This document shows positions 46,137-59,823 of a stretch of DNA of 64,000 nucleotides, in pieces; position 1 is the stretch's first letter; each line of letters starts with the position of its first letter. A model generated the notes under the pieces. The model was given only the letters and a program-made list of their open reading frames with translations, had not been told where the DNA came from and ran no database searches. The DNA comes from Zancudomyces culisetae HAW-14-8 (taxonomy: Eukaryota > Fungi > Kickxellomycota), in assembly GCA_052426225.1 (NCBI GenBank), contig JBNJNM010000011.1:2852001-2916000 (forward strand), in the 5' to 3' direction. The translations under genes were made by a program, and so were the position numbers.

Positions 46137-47609
46137 TTAGTCGTATCTCTTCGAAACCATCCCTTCTGGTGGGTTAGGCTCAACTTTCCTCTTTTTTACA
46201 TCATCCCAGTTGGTAGAGAGTGTGGTACCATTGCTTTCCACATAGCTTTTGACCATTGCACGACGAGCATCGCTATCAGCATCTTTGTATATAGTCTCAA
46301 AAAATCTGTGCACGTCTTCACTTTCCACATTTGCTGCTTCTTGTTTTTCAATCTCTTTAGATAGCGCATCCCAATTTTTTGATCGTTGGTTTGAAGTTGG
46401 ATATGCTATCAGGTAGATTACATCAAAATAAGTTAAGTAGAACTCAAAAAGAGGACCTGGGCATAAATACGTTTAAGAACACAAATATTACCTGACACAG
46501 GATCTTTTCCTATTACTGTTTTTAACGCTTCGATGGAATCCCAAAAGAGCCCTAAGACTTGCTTTTTCAATTTGATTTCAATTTTTGTAGATAGAATCCT
46601 ATATTCTGACTGGGTTGGGTCAACATCGTGCCGTAAGGGATTAAAAGCATACGAAATTTCACGACCCTCCCCGGTTCTAAAACTCACGTGCAGCTAATAG
46701 TACATGAAACACCATCATTATGTTAGTAAAAGCTAAGGAAGGCGATCCGCACAGCCAATGACACGGAACTTACAGAATTTGTGTTTATTTTTATGTGAGC
46801 ACTCGAAGAAACAACGTTTTTGCAGAATATCTCAATTGTGATGTATTGATTATTTTGGTAATACTCGTACCTATAGACAGGACAGTATAACTATTAGTTT
46901 GCACTTTGGGATTTTGTACTTAAAAGAAAACATTTCGTGTTAAAAGTATACCTAGGCTTTTGCGGTAAGTATGAGCAGTCAATGTCAAGCTTTTTCAAGC
47001 TTATATCCTGAGTACTTTCGAGTTTAACTATTTGGGAAAAAAATTATAAAAGAATATTTAGTTTACACAACAAATAAATAATAGCGAAAAAAGAACACTG
47101 CAAATTAGATGAGTACCTCGGATCTTTTCTATGTAGTGAGCTAAATCTTGGTCTCCAGGGTTGATTCTCTTTGCATTCAAAAGCATCGCTATTGCAGATT
47201 CATATCTCTTTTCTTCAAATAGCCATTTTCTATTATATGTTATATGTTTTCCAATGTTAAATAACCATTAAGTAATACGAACTTGTAACAGGTGAATGAT
47301 TAAAAGCTGTTATGTGTTGCTCTTTGAGTGATGGCCAAGCACTTACCCTAGCTGGACAAGAGATTTATAGTGTACCCCAAGGAGTTCTTGGTTATCATGT
47401 GAAATCGAAACCAGTCGCTTTAGATCCTCAATCGCTTCTGCCTTTTTACCCAACTTGTTGTACGTATAAGCTCTTTTAAGTAGTGCCCCAGTGTTATTGT
47501 TATCAAGACTGACTAAACTATCGAAACAGGAAAGAGCCTTTTTGTAATCATCCTCAAAATACGCATCGATTCCCTCGATATAATAAGCTTTGGCTTTTGG
47601 TGTGTTCAT
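46137..47609 (-). CDS. SGT1: Hsp90 co-chaperone Sgt1, TPR-CS-SGS (exons 47609-47347, 47229-47117, 47027-46952, 46870-46774, 46693-46492, 46405-46137)
   Basis: TPR repeats, CS domain (RYEYYQ...STKIEIKLKK...W), YPTS...KNWD, and SGS motif RRAMVKSYVESNGTTLSTNW...PPEGM. Confidence 0.96.
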
Positions 47610-48036
47610 TATATGTGTCTGACTTTTATTTCGATTCAGTGGGAGTTTTCGATCTATCTGTTTTGTTTTATTTTACTTTGTTCTATCGATGAGTTCGATG
47701 TACTAATTGATAGAAGAGAAATCGCTAAAATAAATAAACATTGACAAAAATGGCGATTCAAATTAAATTAAAAGCTTAACAGGAAGGTCTGATGAATAAA
47801 ACCATAGTAAAAAGCCAATAGCTTTGTTATTAATGGGGTTATTTTTGTACAGGTTTATTGGATAAATAGGTGTCACTAAAGTAAAAAAAAAATCTCAATC
47901 TTAAATCGCCCTGAAAATCAAATTTAGAGAACATTTTCATTTTACAAAGCCTATCCACCACTAAATCAACTCAAAAGTCAACTTGGTATTTGTGATATCT
48001 GTAGATAATTAGGAGGTAGTAGTGTCGTGTACAGAA

Positions 48037-48586
48037 ATGTCGGAAGAAAAGGATTTTAAAATCGATTGGGAGGAGGGCAAAGGTAGCGAAACCGAATGTA
48101 AAGCTGGTGAAGCTTTCGATCAACTGTTATACTGTTGGAGTAAGTTGAGATTTTGACAATAGTCGTTCCTTTTTATTTTACTAGAATGAACGCTTTGAGA
48201 CAATGAAAAAAATAGGCATTGACAATATAACACTATAATTAAGGGGCGTATAAATGATTTTCCAATAATAGCTGTAGGAAAGCAACTAAAAAGCATTTAC
48301 AGATACGGAAAGAAGCAAAATTGCAGCCAGTATTGGGATAAGCTGAAGCTCTGCTCCAAAGTTAAGCTTTACTCGAGCGAGCAAAGAGAGGTATTTACTT
48401 TAGTATTTAGTCCTACAAATTGTAGAATCTACATTTATATTAATATGTGCAAATTAATTGGAGGCTCGTCAACATTGCTATATTCTTGGTATTATATAGG
48501 CTGCTATTAAGCAATTTAATGACGAACTACAGGAAAAAAAAGAATCCAAACCAAATCTAAATGACATATGGACGCGCAGAGAGTAA
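48037..48586 (+). CDS. EMI1: Early meiotic induction protein 1 / DUF3128 (exons 48037-48139, 48272-48390, 48500-48586)
   Basis: Spliced translation CKAGEAFDQLLYCW-TVGKQLKSIYRYGKKQNCSQYWDKLKLC...NDIWTRR carries twin CX-spaced Cys pairs, YRYG and a C-terminal W-x-x-R. Confidence 0.85.
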
Positions 48587-49648
48587 TTTTTTTTAAATTT
48601 TTGTACACATATGACGTTTATGCTCATTCGAAAAAATTTACTCAAATGCTAACTACAAACACACACACACACAAACGTAAATTAGGGCACCGCCAAAAAA
48701 CTTTTCTACATAGCAAGTATGAGAAGTTATGAAGTCATTTTTATAGACAGTATAATATATGTATAGGTCTATACATTCGGTACCTATATATAAAACCGTT
48801 AGCTTTTAAGGTGCATCTAGAATCTGGATAAATGCCTAATAACTTCTTTTTTACATATTAATTCGCTAAAAAAAAACTTTTAGAAGGATGCGGTTTTATA
48901 AACAAAAGGTTTCTCCAGTAAAGAAGAAATAAGACACTGTTTTTGTTGTGAAATGATTATGCAGGGGGTCACTTTTGGTTAAACATGTTCTCAAAAGCGT
49001 TAAGTTGTTAGATATGGTTGGTTTTTAATCCTGTTACTGTTATTTGACTTGTATTTAAACTAAAAGCTAGTTTTTGGATAAAAAAATTATTTTATAAGCG
49101 AAATGCCGATAAGGGCGCTCGAAGGTATAGCTCCGCCAAAACCAAGAGAGATAGTGGTTTTGGATTCAAGCAAAACGGTGTTAGCAAGTGCAATATCAAC
49201 TACACTTTTTTATTGGCGAGTTTATTATATGCGTGCTACTGCGAATCTAACCAGGTGGTATAGCTGTGCTTGCCATGGTATAAGGTGGACAGCGAGCTTT
49301 TTCCAGATGAAATGGTGTGGGTACTGTGTTTTTTCCCTGCTTGTATAACCCTTGGTATATGTGCTCATCATGATAACATATAAACATAGTGTATATTCCC
49401 ATTTTGTAATAAGCGCGCCAGAAACTATGTACTACGCGTTTTTTAGTTTTTTAGTCTTTTGGTTCTCCTTTTTTTTGTGGGTTTGCTTAATTTGAAAGTC
49501 ATGTAAAGCTGGATGAAATCTCACTCGTTATACTGAGAGTTTGTGGCTATCAGAGTTAAGAAAAATAATCGTTAAATACCGAGGTACATAGACTTTAAAT
49601 GTGAGCCCATTTGAACATACCAGGTAATGCCCAGATAGCATGTCTACT

Positions 49649-49837
49649 CTAGCGTACACAACATAAAATGCACAAATAATGAAATAAATAAGTCTTGTGG
49701 CATATACAACAACAACAACCGTTGTGGGGCACTATTCCTTCTCGTTCAATTATTACAATCTGTGAAGTCGCAGTTTCGACCGGGGTAGGCGTCTGCACAT
49801 GTATGGTTTCGCTAAGCAACGGGACAGTATCGCTCAT
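49649..49837 (-). CDS. Small Cys-rich peptide (CYSTM-like), 62 aa
   Basis: ATG-initiated. Pro/Thr-rich N-terminus, then GCCCCIC...YLCILCC. TATA-like TATATAAATA about 75 bp upstream on the minus strand. Confidence 0.4.
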   Translation of the reverse strand: MSDTVPLLSETIHVQTPTPVETATSQIVIIEREGIVPHNGCCCCICHKTYLFHYLCILCCVR

Positions 49838-50741
49838 ATGAGGTACTGGAGTTTTGTCTATTCAAATATTTTCATGTTGTCGCTATAATATATGCTTCTT
49901 TTTAGGTGCGTATTTATATAGATAACTGTTTCGAAAAAATAAAGTCGCTAGAAAAATGACTATAAAAAGGTAGTTACTGGCACAAGGTGGTGGTGAAGAG
50001 GTGGCCTCCTCATAGCTAGGCGGAGTGATAGTTTCTTGACTCTGTTTCATATTTGGTTTGTTTCTGCCGCAGTATAATACTGTGTTAGCACGTTGATTGT
50101 AAAGTTTAAAGAGCTTTAAGAAATGTTTTTAAAAATAGGCAGTGTCAAGCTTTGTTTCATGAACAATAAATAGTAGAAATGTTCAGCTAATAGTCGGCTA
50201 TTTTGTAAGAGTGGATCACAGACCAATGAAATGATGGGTTAACATAAGAATAGCTGGCGTGATGAAGACAAACTCGTTTATTTCAAATGATAAGTCTGCA
50301 TAAAACATCTTGGTGTAAGTATAGGTATATCCCATGATTAACACAGATAAAAAGAAATAATGGTAGCCTGGGTAGTTTAAAAAACTATGTATTAGAGTAG
50401 AGATCGTATATAATACAAACAAGCATGTAATAAGCAAGGGTGCTGTTCCCAGATACAAGTGGACCGGAAATTGTCGTCATGTCTATTGCAAAGGGCTGTT
50501 GAGCAGATCAAGTATATACATCATATCTACCCCCTTTTTCGTTTTTCTTTGTGTTCATTCTAAAAACAGTACCAACAAGTGGAGATGTTGGGCAAAATCC
50601 TGGGCTGGCAGTGTTTTATTGACGAATTTTAAATTTACATATTAAGTTAGAATGAATGTAAATAAAAATGAAAAAACAGATAACATCGCTAGGATTTAAA
50701 TAGAAAACTCTGTCTTTAACTGATTAATATCTATCCCAAAA

Positions 50742-51607
50742 CTATTGGTTCGTGTATCTCTTCTTACCATAGTTAGAAAATGGGATATATTTATATTTTA
50801 TCATATGTGCTATTTGTCTTCTCATGGTGAGAACAACCAAAAATACCCAGTAAAATAGAAGGATAGGCCAGAATACTGGTACATCGAGAAAGCTGAAGAA
50901 TGTACAGGAGATCGAGATTAGGATTGCATAAGTTGAATTCAACCTAAATTTAGCCAGAATTTTCTTCAAGTTATGTCATACTGTTCAAAAATGATAAACA
51001 TTTTTTATATCCATCATGAATGTACACGTCGTGTGTCGTGAGATAATTCGATATATTCAAACTTACCAAAATTTAAATTCAGGTAGTCTCCTAATAAATG
51101 GTTTAAAATCGTCATCATTATTTACGGGAAGCAGTCCTGGTCCGTCTTCATCCTCCTCAACAATCTCTGGTTCAAACTTGGGGGATAAGAATGCCAAGAA
51201 CAGATTCAGTAGATATATCCCCAGGCCATATGCAATTATATACCAACCCTGAACAGTCAATATCCTAGCAATAAACAACAGTAGACTGATGATAGTAAAT
51301 ATCCATCTTCCAGTGATAGCGCCTGTGATGTTGTCCAGGAATGCTTGGTAGCGCTATTTATTTTTATTCAAGATCTCAGAGTGTTGTAATTGTCTCGTTA
51401 ATTAATTGAAATGGTAAGTGGGTTTGAAAATGGTTGTGGCTATGCAGCAAGTAAATGCAATGAATGTGGCACAAAAAACCCCCCAGAAACGGTGTGTAAA
51501 AAAAGGTGTAGCTATCAGAGTAATGGGAATTGGATACTTACTATTGACAAAGATTTGAGTGGGCTCTGGTTTCTCGATACCAATTTATCAGTGTCTGAGT
51601 TCGACAT
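50742..51607 (-). CDS. RER1: ER retrieval receptor Rer1 (exons 51607-51542, 51353-51067, 50943-50742)
   Basis: [58 protein letters not shown] and [17 protein letters not shown]. Confidence 0.97.
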
Positions 51608-53133
51608 CTCTATGGTTACACTGTTATCGTTCTAGATACTTATAATTTCTTTTGAGGAAAAAAGGAATGCAAAAATCCTTATTTTATGACTGGTCTTTCC
51701 TGTAAAACAAAACGTGCGGTTTGCAATTTGAAGGTTACGTATATTAGTTGGAGCCACTTGAATGATGCAACTAGTATTCATATAAATTTTTTTATAGTTC
51801 TATAGTGGCACACCTTGTTTCCAGCATTCAAATAATTGAAGTTTGGAAGTTGCCAGAAATTAAATGGTCCCTTTGTTCATGTAATTTTCCTATTGGCTGT
51901 TAATTAACCATTTTTTTTACCTTTAAAGTGCAACATAATATGTTGAAATGGGATTGTGATTTTCGTGTTTCTACCCCCTTCTAGCAAGAAATATAAAAGA
52001 GAGGGTGGAGGATAGTGGGAAAAAAGGTAGGAAGAAGGGCAAAGAAAAACAAAAAACAAAACTTTACATATACACCAAACTTGGGTTTAGGTTTATCCGT
52101 GTTTTATTTCACTATATTTCATTTTGTATTATTTAGGTAATTGTGCTTGTTGAATCATGGAATCACTTTATGTCCTGAAATAATGTTTTTGAACGTACGG
52201 GACATTATATTTTGGAAAGAGAAGTGGAGAGATAGTAGTGATAACGAATAGCAATTAGTTTCTTATTTCTTTTTTATCGCCCAACCAAGTCAATGGGTGT
52301 ACATAAGGCCGACTGAAGGGCCGTGTTATAGGCGGTTTGGAGGGGGAGGGGGGGCAAAGTATCAATACCAGACCGCTGTTTTGGATCATTTTAACTACTA
52401 CGCAGGCCCAATATCAAAGAAAGCGCACGTTTCATTATTTAGATACCAAGTTTTCAAATAAAATACATTTTTATTACTTGTTTTGTAGTTCGTCGTAATA
52501 TAGAAAAGGAAAGAAGAGGAATTGGTATGATGCCCATGTTGCTCATCAAAGGTATGCTTTAAACCAAAGCGTTTCAAATATCTAACAGCCAGATTGGTTT
52601 CCTTAAAAATGTGGAATTTTATTTGGTACTTTTGAGCTGGTGCCCTAGTACTGAATTTCCAATTTATTGCAGTTTTTTATTGGGAGAAAAAAAATTAAAA
52701 AAAACTGGCCAATTAGTACGCAGATGCAATTGGGTAGATAAAAGAGGTAATAAAATAAATAAAACACAAAAAGCTAAAACAATCTCTCATTGTGCTAACA
52801 AAGTAGAACTTTCGGGGTAAGTATATCACTTCAATAGATACTAAGAAATCCTTAAGCGTTGATGTACGTATGATGTTTTATGCTGGTGGTTCACAGGTCA
52901 ATGATATATGAGGCAGCCTTTAAATTTCATTTTGGAGTGAGGGTGCTTTTTATTGTCAAGTGCGCTTTCAGAGATTCATTTAAATCTTGGAAAACAATTT
53001 TTACAATTAATCGGATTCGAAAACAACTAAAAATCACTCGAGATTCGAATAGAGGAAAATTCGATATTTAATCACAAGTATTAACATTTACTCTGAATAC
53101 AATTTTTTAGACGAGCATATATATATATAAAAG

Positions 53134-53446
53134 ATGGCCAAATCGAAGAACCACACAAACCACAACCAAAGTAAGTTTTAATCACTAAGAAATAACAATA
53201 TAGGCTCTTACTGAGACTATAAACCTTGCTTTTGGTGTTTATTTTTTCTTGGACTCAACATTGATATACTTGTATTTTGCGTAACTAGACAAAAAGGCTC
53301 ACAGAAACGGTATCAAGAAGCCACGTCAACACAGATACCCATCCTTGAGAGGTGTAGATAAGAAGTTCTTGCGTAACCAACACTATGCCAAGCGCGGATC
53401 ACGCAGAACATTAATCGCCAAGAAGATTGCCGAAAAGTCAAATTAA
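53134..53446 (+). CDS. RPL29: 60S ribosomal protein L29/eL29 (exons 53134-53170, 53289-53446)
   Basis: [49 protein letters not shown]. Confidence 0.97.
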
Positions 53447-54067
53447 ATATATGCGCTCTAAGGGTTAATCTTTAGTTATATTTGTTGTTTTTGTTTAAAC
53501 ATGTTTTTTTAATAAAAGCAAAACAGTTTTTCGTGTAAAAACCAATTCTTAGTTGTCTCGTTGTGGGTCTTATGTTATTTACGGAAGGAATGGGTGCTAT
53601 TGCAGCACATTGGATGTGTATGGTGTGGGTTGAATGGAACTGGTACCATTGAAATTGCATTATTATCTGTGTATGATGGAGCAGCAGACGTAAGCAAGGC
53701 ATGGCCAAAAAAAGAAAGGATAAACCCAGAAACGTATCTGCATGGCGTTATAGCTTAACTCTACCATAAAACTATGGTGATCATGTGGGATGGTTGGTGT
53801 GGAAGTTAGGTTAAATGATGGGTCAGCGTTTTCATCTTTTCGTCGCATGTCACATAATGATTTTTTATTCAAGCGTGGATAGCATACAGTACTACTGGTA
53901 TCGCAAGTGGAGTTTAGATAACATCCTGTTGTTTAGAGGTGGAATGTTGCGATTTTAGCATTTTTGACAGCTAGCACTGATCTGCTCAGCTATCAACCTC
54001 GATTATTCGTCCTGATAGACAATTTCAACACGAATAAAAAAAAAAAGTAACCCAATGTTATGTATTC

Positions 54068-55708
54068 TCAATAATGTTTAAAAATGTCCGGAATGTCGAA
54101 CTTGCTGCAGAAAAGCTCTGTCTGGGGATTGTGGTAAAACTTACTGGCACCACCACCTAATAAATGTGAATCTGTGTTTGGTCTTCCCACCATGTTGGAT
54201 TCCCGATAAGGTCTTTGTGCATATCCCCTGGGAATTCTGGAGTTTTCATTAAAATCGCCATCTACGGCTGGCGCAATCATACTAAAATTGTCTGGTACCA
54301 TCAAGCTAACCGAATTCTGCTCGAGTTTATCCTTTTCGGTAGCTATTTCACGCATTACATCGCTACCAATATTATTCCAGAACTTTTCAGCTTCTGGATC
54401 AAGGTCTTTTCCCAAAATCTGATCACCGGATGGAATGTGTTTTTGAAGCGTCTTGAGTATTGCCAACCACTCTGTGTCATACTGAAGCGTGTCTACAACA
54501 TCGGTATGTTCATCAAGCTCAAAATCGATTATCTCCAGGTATTTACGCCCAGGTAAGCACTTATCCAGTGCCAAAAATCTCGTTTTCTTTCGCTGTGGCA
54601 TTTGATAAGGTTTATCAGCGTTTTCGTTTTCAGAGTCAGAAACATTGATTTCATCTTTGTTTTTTTCTACACTCGATCCACTCCAGTTCACGTTTACTCT
54701 GTGTCTTACGTGTAAATGTGAACTAAACCACCACGCTGGTCTCAATCTTTCTAATATATCATTGCTCACTGGTGAACCTAGTTCACCTTTTTTGATGTCC
54801 TGTTTAAAGTATGGTTTTATCTTTAAAAGGGTAGCGAGTTCTTTTTCCCCATTTCTTTTATCGGTTATCAAAGTGGGCCAATCATGCGATACAAATATAT
54901 CAAGGTCCCCTCTGTACTGTTTTAGCTTCTCCACTTCAAACTTTCTTACGTGGTGCATACTGTTCTTTCCGAACATTGCTGGAGTTTCGTTATAGTTATT
55001 GTTGTAATTGTGTTGCATATAAATCCCCGATATCCCTCCTATTTTCAGCCCCTTGTACTTTAGTACGTTACTGTAGCCCATGAAGTATATGTTTTTGGCC
55101 ACCCATCCCCCTAAATGCAGTTCTCGATTATAGCCACTTGCCTCGTGATTACCACCAACAAATAGTGTCATACATGGTGCATTCTCTACTCCCTTGTAGT
55201 ACTTGTGAAATCCGCCAAGTATCTTGTATTTATCCGGTGCCGCCATATCTTTTAAATCTGAAAAGTTTCGAACAGCCTATTAATGTAATTTTGTTTATTA
55301 TTTATTTTTAGCTTTTTTGATTAGGGTAAAAAATGCAATATATCAAAAACACGAGTACTATTTAAGTACCTGTTATTAGAGTTGAGAAAAAGAAGTTAGA
55401 TTAAGTACTAAGTATTATCTGACAGCTCTTTACCTGAAAATCGCCACATATTATTAACAAATCAACTTTTTTTTTCTGGCTTGTCTCCCATTTGTGTATA
55501 GCTTTGTATATATTTTTAAGTTCTCCATGCCCACAGCCCTCTATCGCCACCTATGATTAGAAATTTTCTTTATCATTTTATTTTTGGGTTGCATTATAGC
55601 TTATTGTAGTATTTTCGATTTGGTAAACAAAGGATGAGAATTAAAACAAATAAAGAAAATAAATTGAAACATTAAGATTGTGTCACTTACCCTTATAGTT
55701 CGACTCAT
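54068..55708 (-). CDS. DBR1: RNA lariat debranching enzyme (exons 55708-55691, 55550-55434, 55276-54068)
   Basis: VAIEGCGHGEL, ICGDFQ, GGNHE, SHDWP, HLH and FLALDKCLP. Confidence 0.97.
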
Positions 55709-57207
55709 ATTCACTATTATTAGCCTCAGTTGATTTAAGAAGGTTTAGAGAAGTATCACTCATAGATTGATTGAAATTCGATTCTTTCTGAAAACACCAA
55801 ATAGCACCTTTTTTATTTCTACTCTTTTATTTTCATCTTTTTCTTGATTTCCCACTAAAAAAATTAAATCTGAACAAAAAAAACTAGCCAAAATATCATT
55901 GCGAGTATTAAAGCTTTGCCTAGCGACAAACAACAAAACAAAAACAGAAATAGCAAAGCAAATGATCCTAGTGGTGATGGAGTTTTGTAGAAAAAGACAC
56001 TTAATTATAGCTATCTTTTTTTTTCTTATGAGGACGAATAGCTTTACAATACATTCGCCACAGACGAACATCACATTAATCCCCTGTCAGCAAGTATAGT
56101 ATTTCTACTATCACCCCATCTTTTCCTCCCTGTATTAGATGATTTTAACGTTTTCGCACGCCATGACTAACTACTCCGTTTTATAAAGTTAAGGCAAATT
56201 GATCAGACAATTTGTTCCACCCCCCTTGAAAGCAAAAAATCAACAAGACAATCTATATAGCACTTTTAGAATACAAACTCCCATGAATAACGTCATTCAA
56301 AGCGTTAAAGCAGAGCGTTTATAAAGAAGCATCCAAAAAGATGGTACTGTATGCACTATTGGACGTAATATAATTTTTCGATGGATTTATCCTCTAAACC
56401 AAAAGATGAGTAGCTGGATACTCTAACACATCAAACTGCTAAAGGACGCTGAGAAAATATACTTACACTCAACGAGCTTTCTGTCAGTTTGGTTTGGTTT
56501 GGTTTTGTTTTGTTTTGTTTGGTTTGGCTTGGCCTACTTTGAGCAATCTGGTTCGCTAGGCTACTATTTTGAGGGGGGTAGGTGAATAGTTTTATTGTGT
56601 CCAATAGTCTTACACCAGCTATTACTACCCTATCTGTACTGGGGTGTAATATGGGTTAGAGCACAAGATTTTGTTCTGGTAGGTTGAAATTTAATTGGTG
56701 TAACTGTTTTCTTTATTCAAAAAGGACAGTAATTTGAAAAATAGAACAAAAAGAATTAGTGAAGTTTGGCGGCTGATCAATATTTATCTTGGCCTGGGCA
56801 AAACACTGGAATAAGCTGCTTCATGCAATTGGCTGAACGAACCAGTAGTATTTATCTACCAACAGTCACGATTTTATCTGCGATTTTTTTAGTAAATTGA
56901 ATCATTTTTGGCAATCGTAATCCCGCTAATTCCTGTGTTGTGTTATTGTTTCTAATTTACACACCTATTGAGAGTGTTATTAAATATCTGGACCAGTTTT
57001 CTCTACATTCTTTCACACTGAAAAATTAGTTCTGAACCCCAGCTATTAAATGGCGCAACAATAAGCTAAAAGTAGCAGTATATTTAATTTTTTTATTTCT
57101 TTCTACCATAAAAGCCAAATGGTAAGTAGCAAATATAAAACAAACTACCTGTTATTACCGATTTTATCGATATAGAGCATAATAGAAATATATTCGAAAA
57201 CGGAAAT

Positions 57208-59072
57208 ATGAGTCAAAAATACTACGACGACCAATATAATTATAACCAGCCGCCCCCTCAACATTCTCAGGGTCATGGTTACAACCAAGGCCAGTACCCC
57301 CCAACCATGCCTCAGGCACCCAACTACCAACCTCAACAACAATATGATAACACTTTTTATCCAAATATGGGGTCTAACCCACAGCAAAATCAAAATCAAA
57401 ATCCAAACCAATATCTATACCAACAGCAGGACTACGGATACCCACCCCCACCCATACCCACCGGCCATGCGCTACAAGGTCAATCTGGGTCCGAAAAATT
57501 TGTCCGAACTTCACGTTTCCGTGATTTGTGGGCTGCTATTTTATTTCTATCTTTGTTTGCTGCGCATATTGTCTTTGCGATAATTGCAAGTGGGGGAAAC
57601 ACCAAAAACAACTTATTTGGGCTTAAAACAGGGAAGCTCGGTGTAGGGTTTTTTGCTGGGCTTTGTCTAGGAGCCTTTGTGATTTCAATCCTGATTTCGT
57701 TACTATTTATGGTCTTTACCTACAAGTAAGTGTATTTTTTTTATACATATTTTTGGCTGTATTTCACTAGAATTCCATATTTTAGACACTTATTTAATTT
57801 TATAGTTTTGTTTGCTAAACTACTTTCGGAGAATGAGATTGTGCAATCCATCCTTGAATGAAGCAGTAATACATAATAATAATCTATCTTGGTGTAATGT
57901 AATGTAAAAATAGAATGCCCAGGACTATGCTCACTATGGCCTTCTGGTTCACGGTATGCTTATTCACGGCGACTGGAATATATTCTATAATAACCAAAAA
58001 TTACATACCAGGCGTGCTTCTTTTGGTAGTGGTTGCGCTTTATGCTCTTTCATGGAAGGGATACAAAAGTAGAATTCCTTTTTCGAGCATCATTTTGGAC
58101 ATAGTCATAAAGGTTGTCAAGAAATTTCCCTCATCGGTCGTTCTTTCACTTCTTTGGAGTATCCTTGGGCTGGCATACAATTTATTTTTTATTTATGCAC
58201 TCTCGAGTATTTATCTGTACCTTGAAAAATACCAAAGCTGTAGCCCAAGTAGGGACGCAAAAGGGAGACCCACTCAAACATGTACAAACGTTCCGCTTTA
58301 TATTACAATCGCTCTCTATATATTTATGTATTATTGGACAATCCAGGTTATATTCAATGTACTTCATACGACAATATGTGGACTTTACGCCACATATTTC
58401 TTTTTTGATGGAACACCTGAGGGTTATCCCTCAAAATTTCCACTGCTTTCTGCGCTCAAGAGGGCATCAGTATTCTCATTTGGAAGCATCTGTTTTGGAT
58501 CTCTTATGGTTGCTTTAATCCAAACAATCCGTGCACTTTTACGCAATGCAATGCACAGTGATGATAATAACATAGTTGCTGTGATACTATTCGTATGTAT
58601 TGATTGCATCTTGGGTTGCATTGAATCTCTACTTGAAATGTTCAACAGGTATGCATATATCGAGATTGCGATCTATGGTAAACCGTTTGTCCAGGCCGCC
58701 AAGGACACGTTACACCTTGTCAAGAGTAAGGGAATTGATGCATTGGTAAACGACATTCTGATAAATAACCTGGTTATTATGGGATCGCTGGTCACTGGCT
58801 TGGTGTGTGGTGTTCTTTCCTATGTTGCCATTCTTATATTCGAATCTTCCGCAAAGAGTAACACCGGCTTTGTTGTAGCTACAATCGCCGCTGGGTTTGT
58901 TGTTGGATTTTCCATATTCTTAATCATCTATGGAGTTTTGGAATCCGGAAGCTCGACTGTATTTGTGTGCCTTTGCGAAGATCCATACTCTCTTGCCAGA
59001 ACAAAACCAGAACTATTTAACGCTATAGCTTCCACATATCCTGACGTTGTACAAGGGTTGTATACACACTAG
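57208..59072 (+). CDS. PNS1: Choline transporter-like protein Pns1/SLC44 (exons 57208-57725, 57914-59072)
   Basis: Q/P/Y-rich N-terminus, FRDLWAAILF, SRIPFS, SFGSICFGSL, FNRYAYIEIAIYGKPF and FVCLCEDP. Confidence 0.93.
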
Positions 59073-59823
59073 TTTTATAATTACACCTTTTTATTACACT
59101 TTTGAGGCTAATTGGACTTTAACACTAAAAATTGTTTATTGTTTTTTTTCTTATTAAACTAGTATTTTTACAGCTCTTCATTAACCAAATTACTTGGTAA
59201 ATTATTATAACGTGTTTCCAAGTTGAAATGGTAATAGCAGTACCAAAGCTATGTGGTGAATGGCACAAAGTTGGTCAGTATATCAAACGCGGAGAGAAGG
59301 AAAGAGAGGGTGCGAAAGATGGAGCGAGTGTGGCATAGTGGCTATTGCTCCGATCACCTTCTCTCTCAAAAAAAACAGATTTACCTTTTTTTTTTGAGTA
59401 TTAGGTTGTGTTGAGGTTAGTTGGTATGTGTATGCTCTATAGATTTATGCTGGGCTTACCATGAATGACTTTATCCTGTTGTTATCTGCTTTTATTCAAT
59501 TTGATTGGTAGTAGGTAAATGAAAATAGCAACTACCAATAAACACACTGGGCTAAAAAGCCCAACATGCATTTTGATGATACATACAACCCAGAATCAGA
59601 ACAAGGGAGCTTAGTATTGAGTAAGTATATAACGACTTGTACTATTTTGTTTTGATATCAACCTTTTCAATTATTTACACAAAATTCAGATATTGAAAGC
59701 TTCCATATCTTTTATAAAGCGATATTTTGCAAAGAAAGAAACAACAAATGTAAAAAGTATGTATGCTTACGCAAACCACATTCACAGTTATAATACCAAA
59801 GTTTTGAATATGAACCTACCACA

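Noticed and set aside
50216-50458. 80-aa hydrophobic ORF
   Set aside because: TTG start, no recognisable motif; composition expected from AT-rich non-coding DNA.
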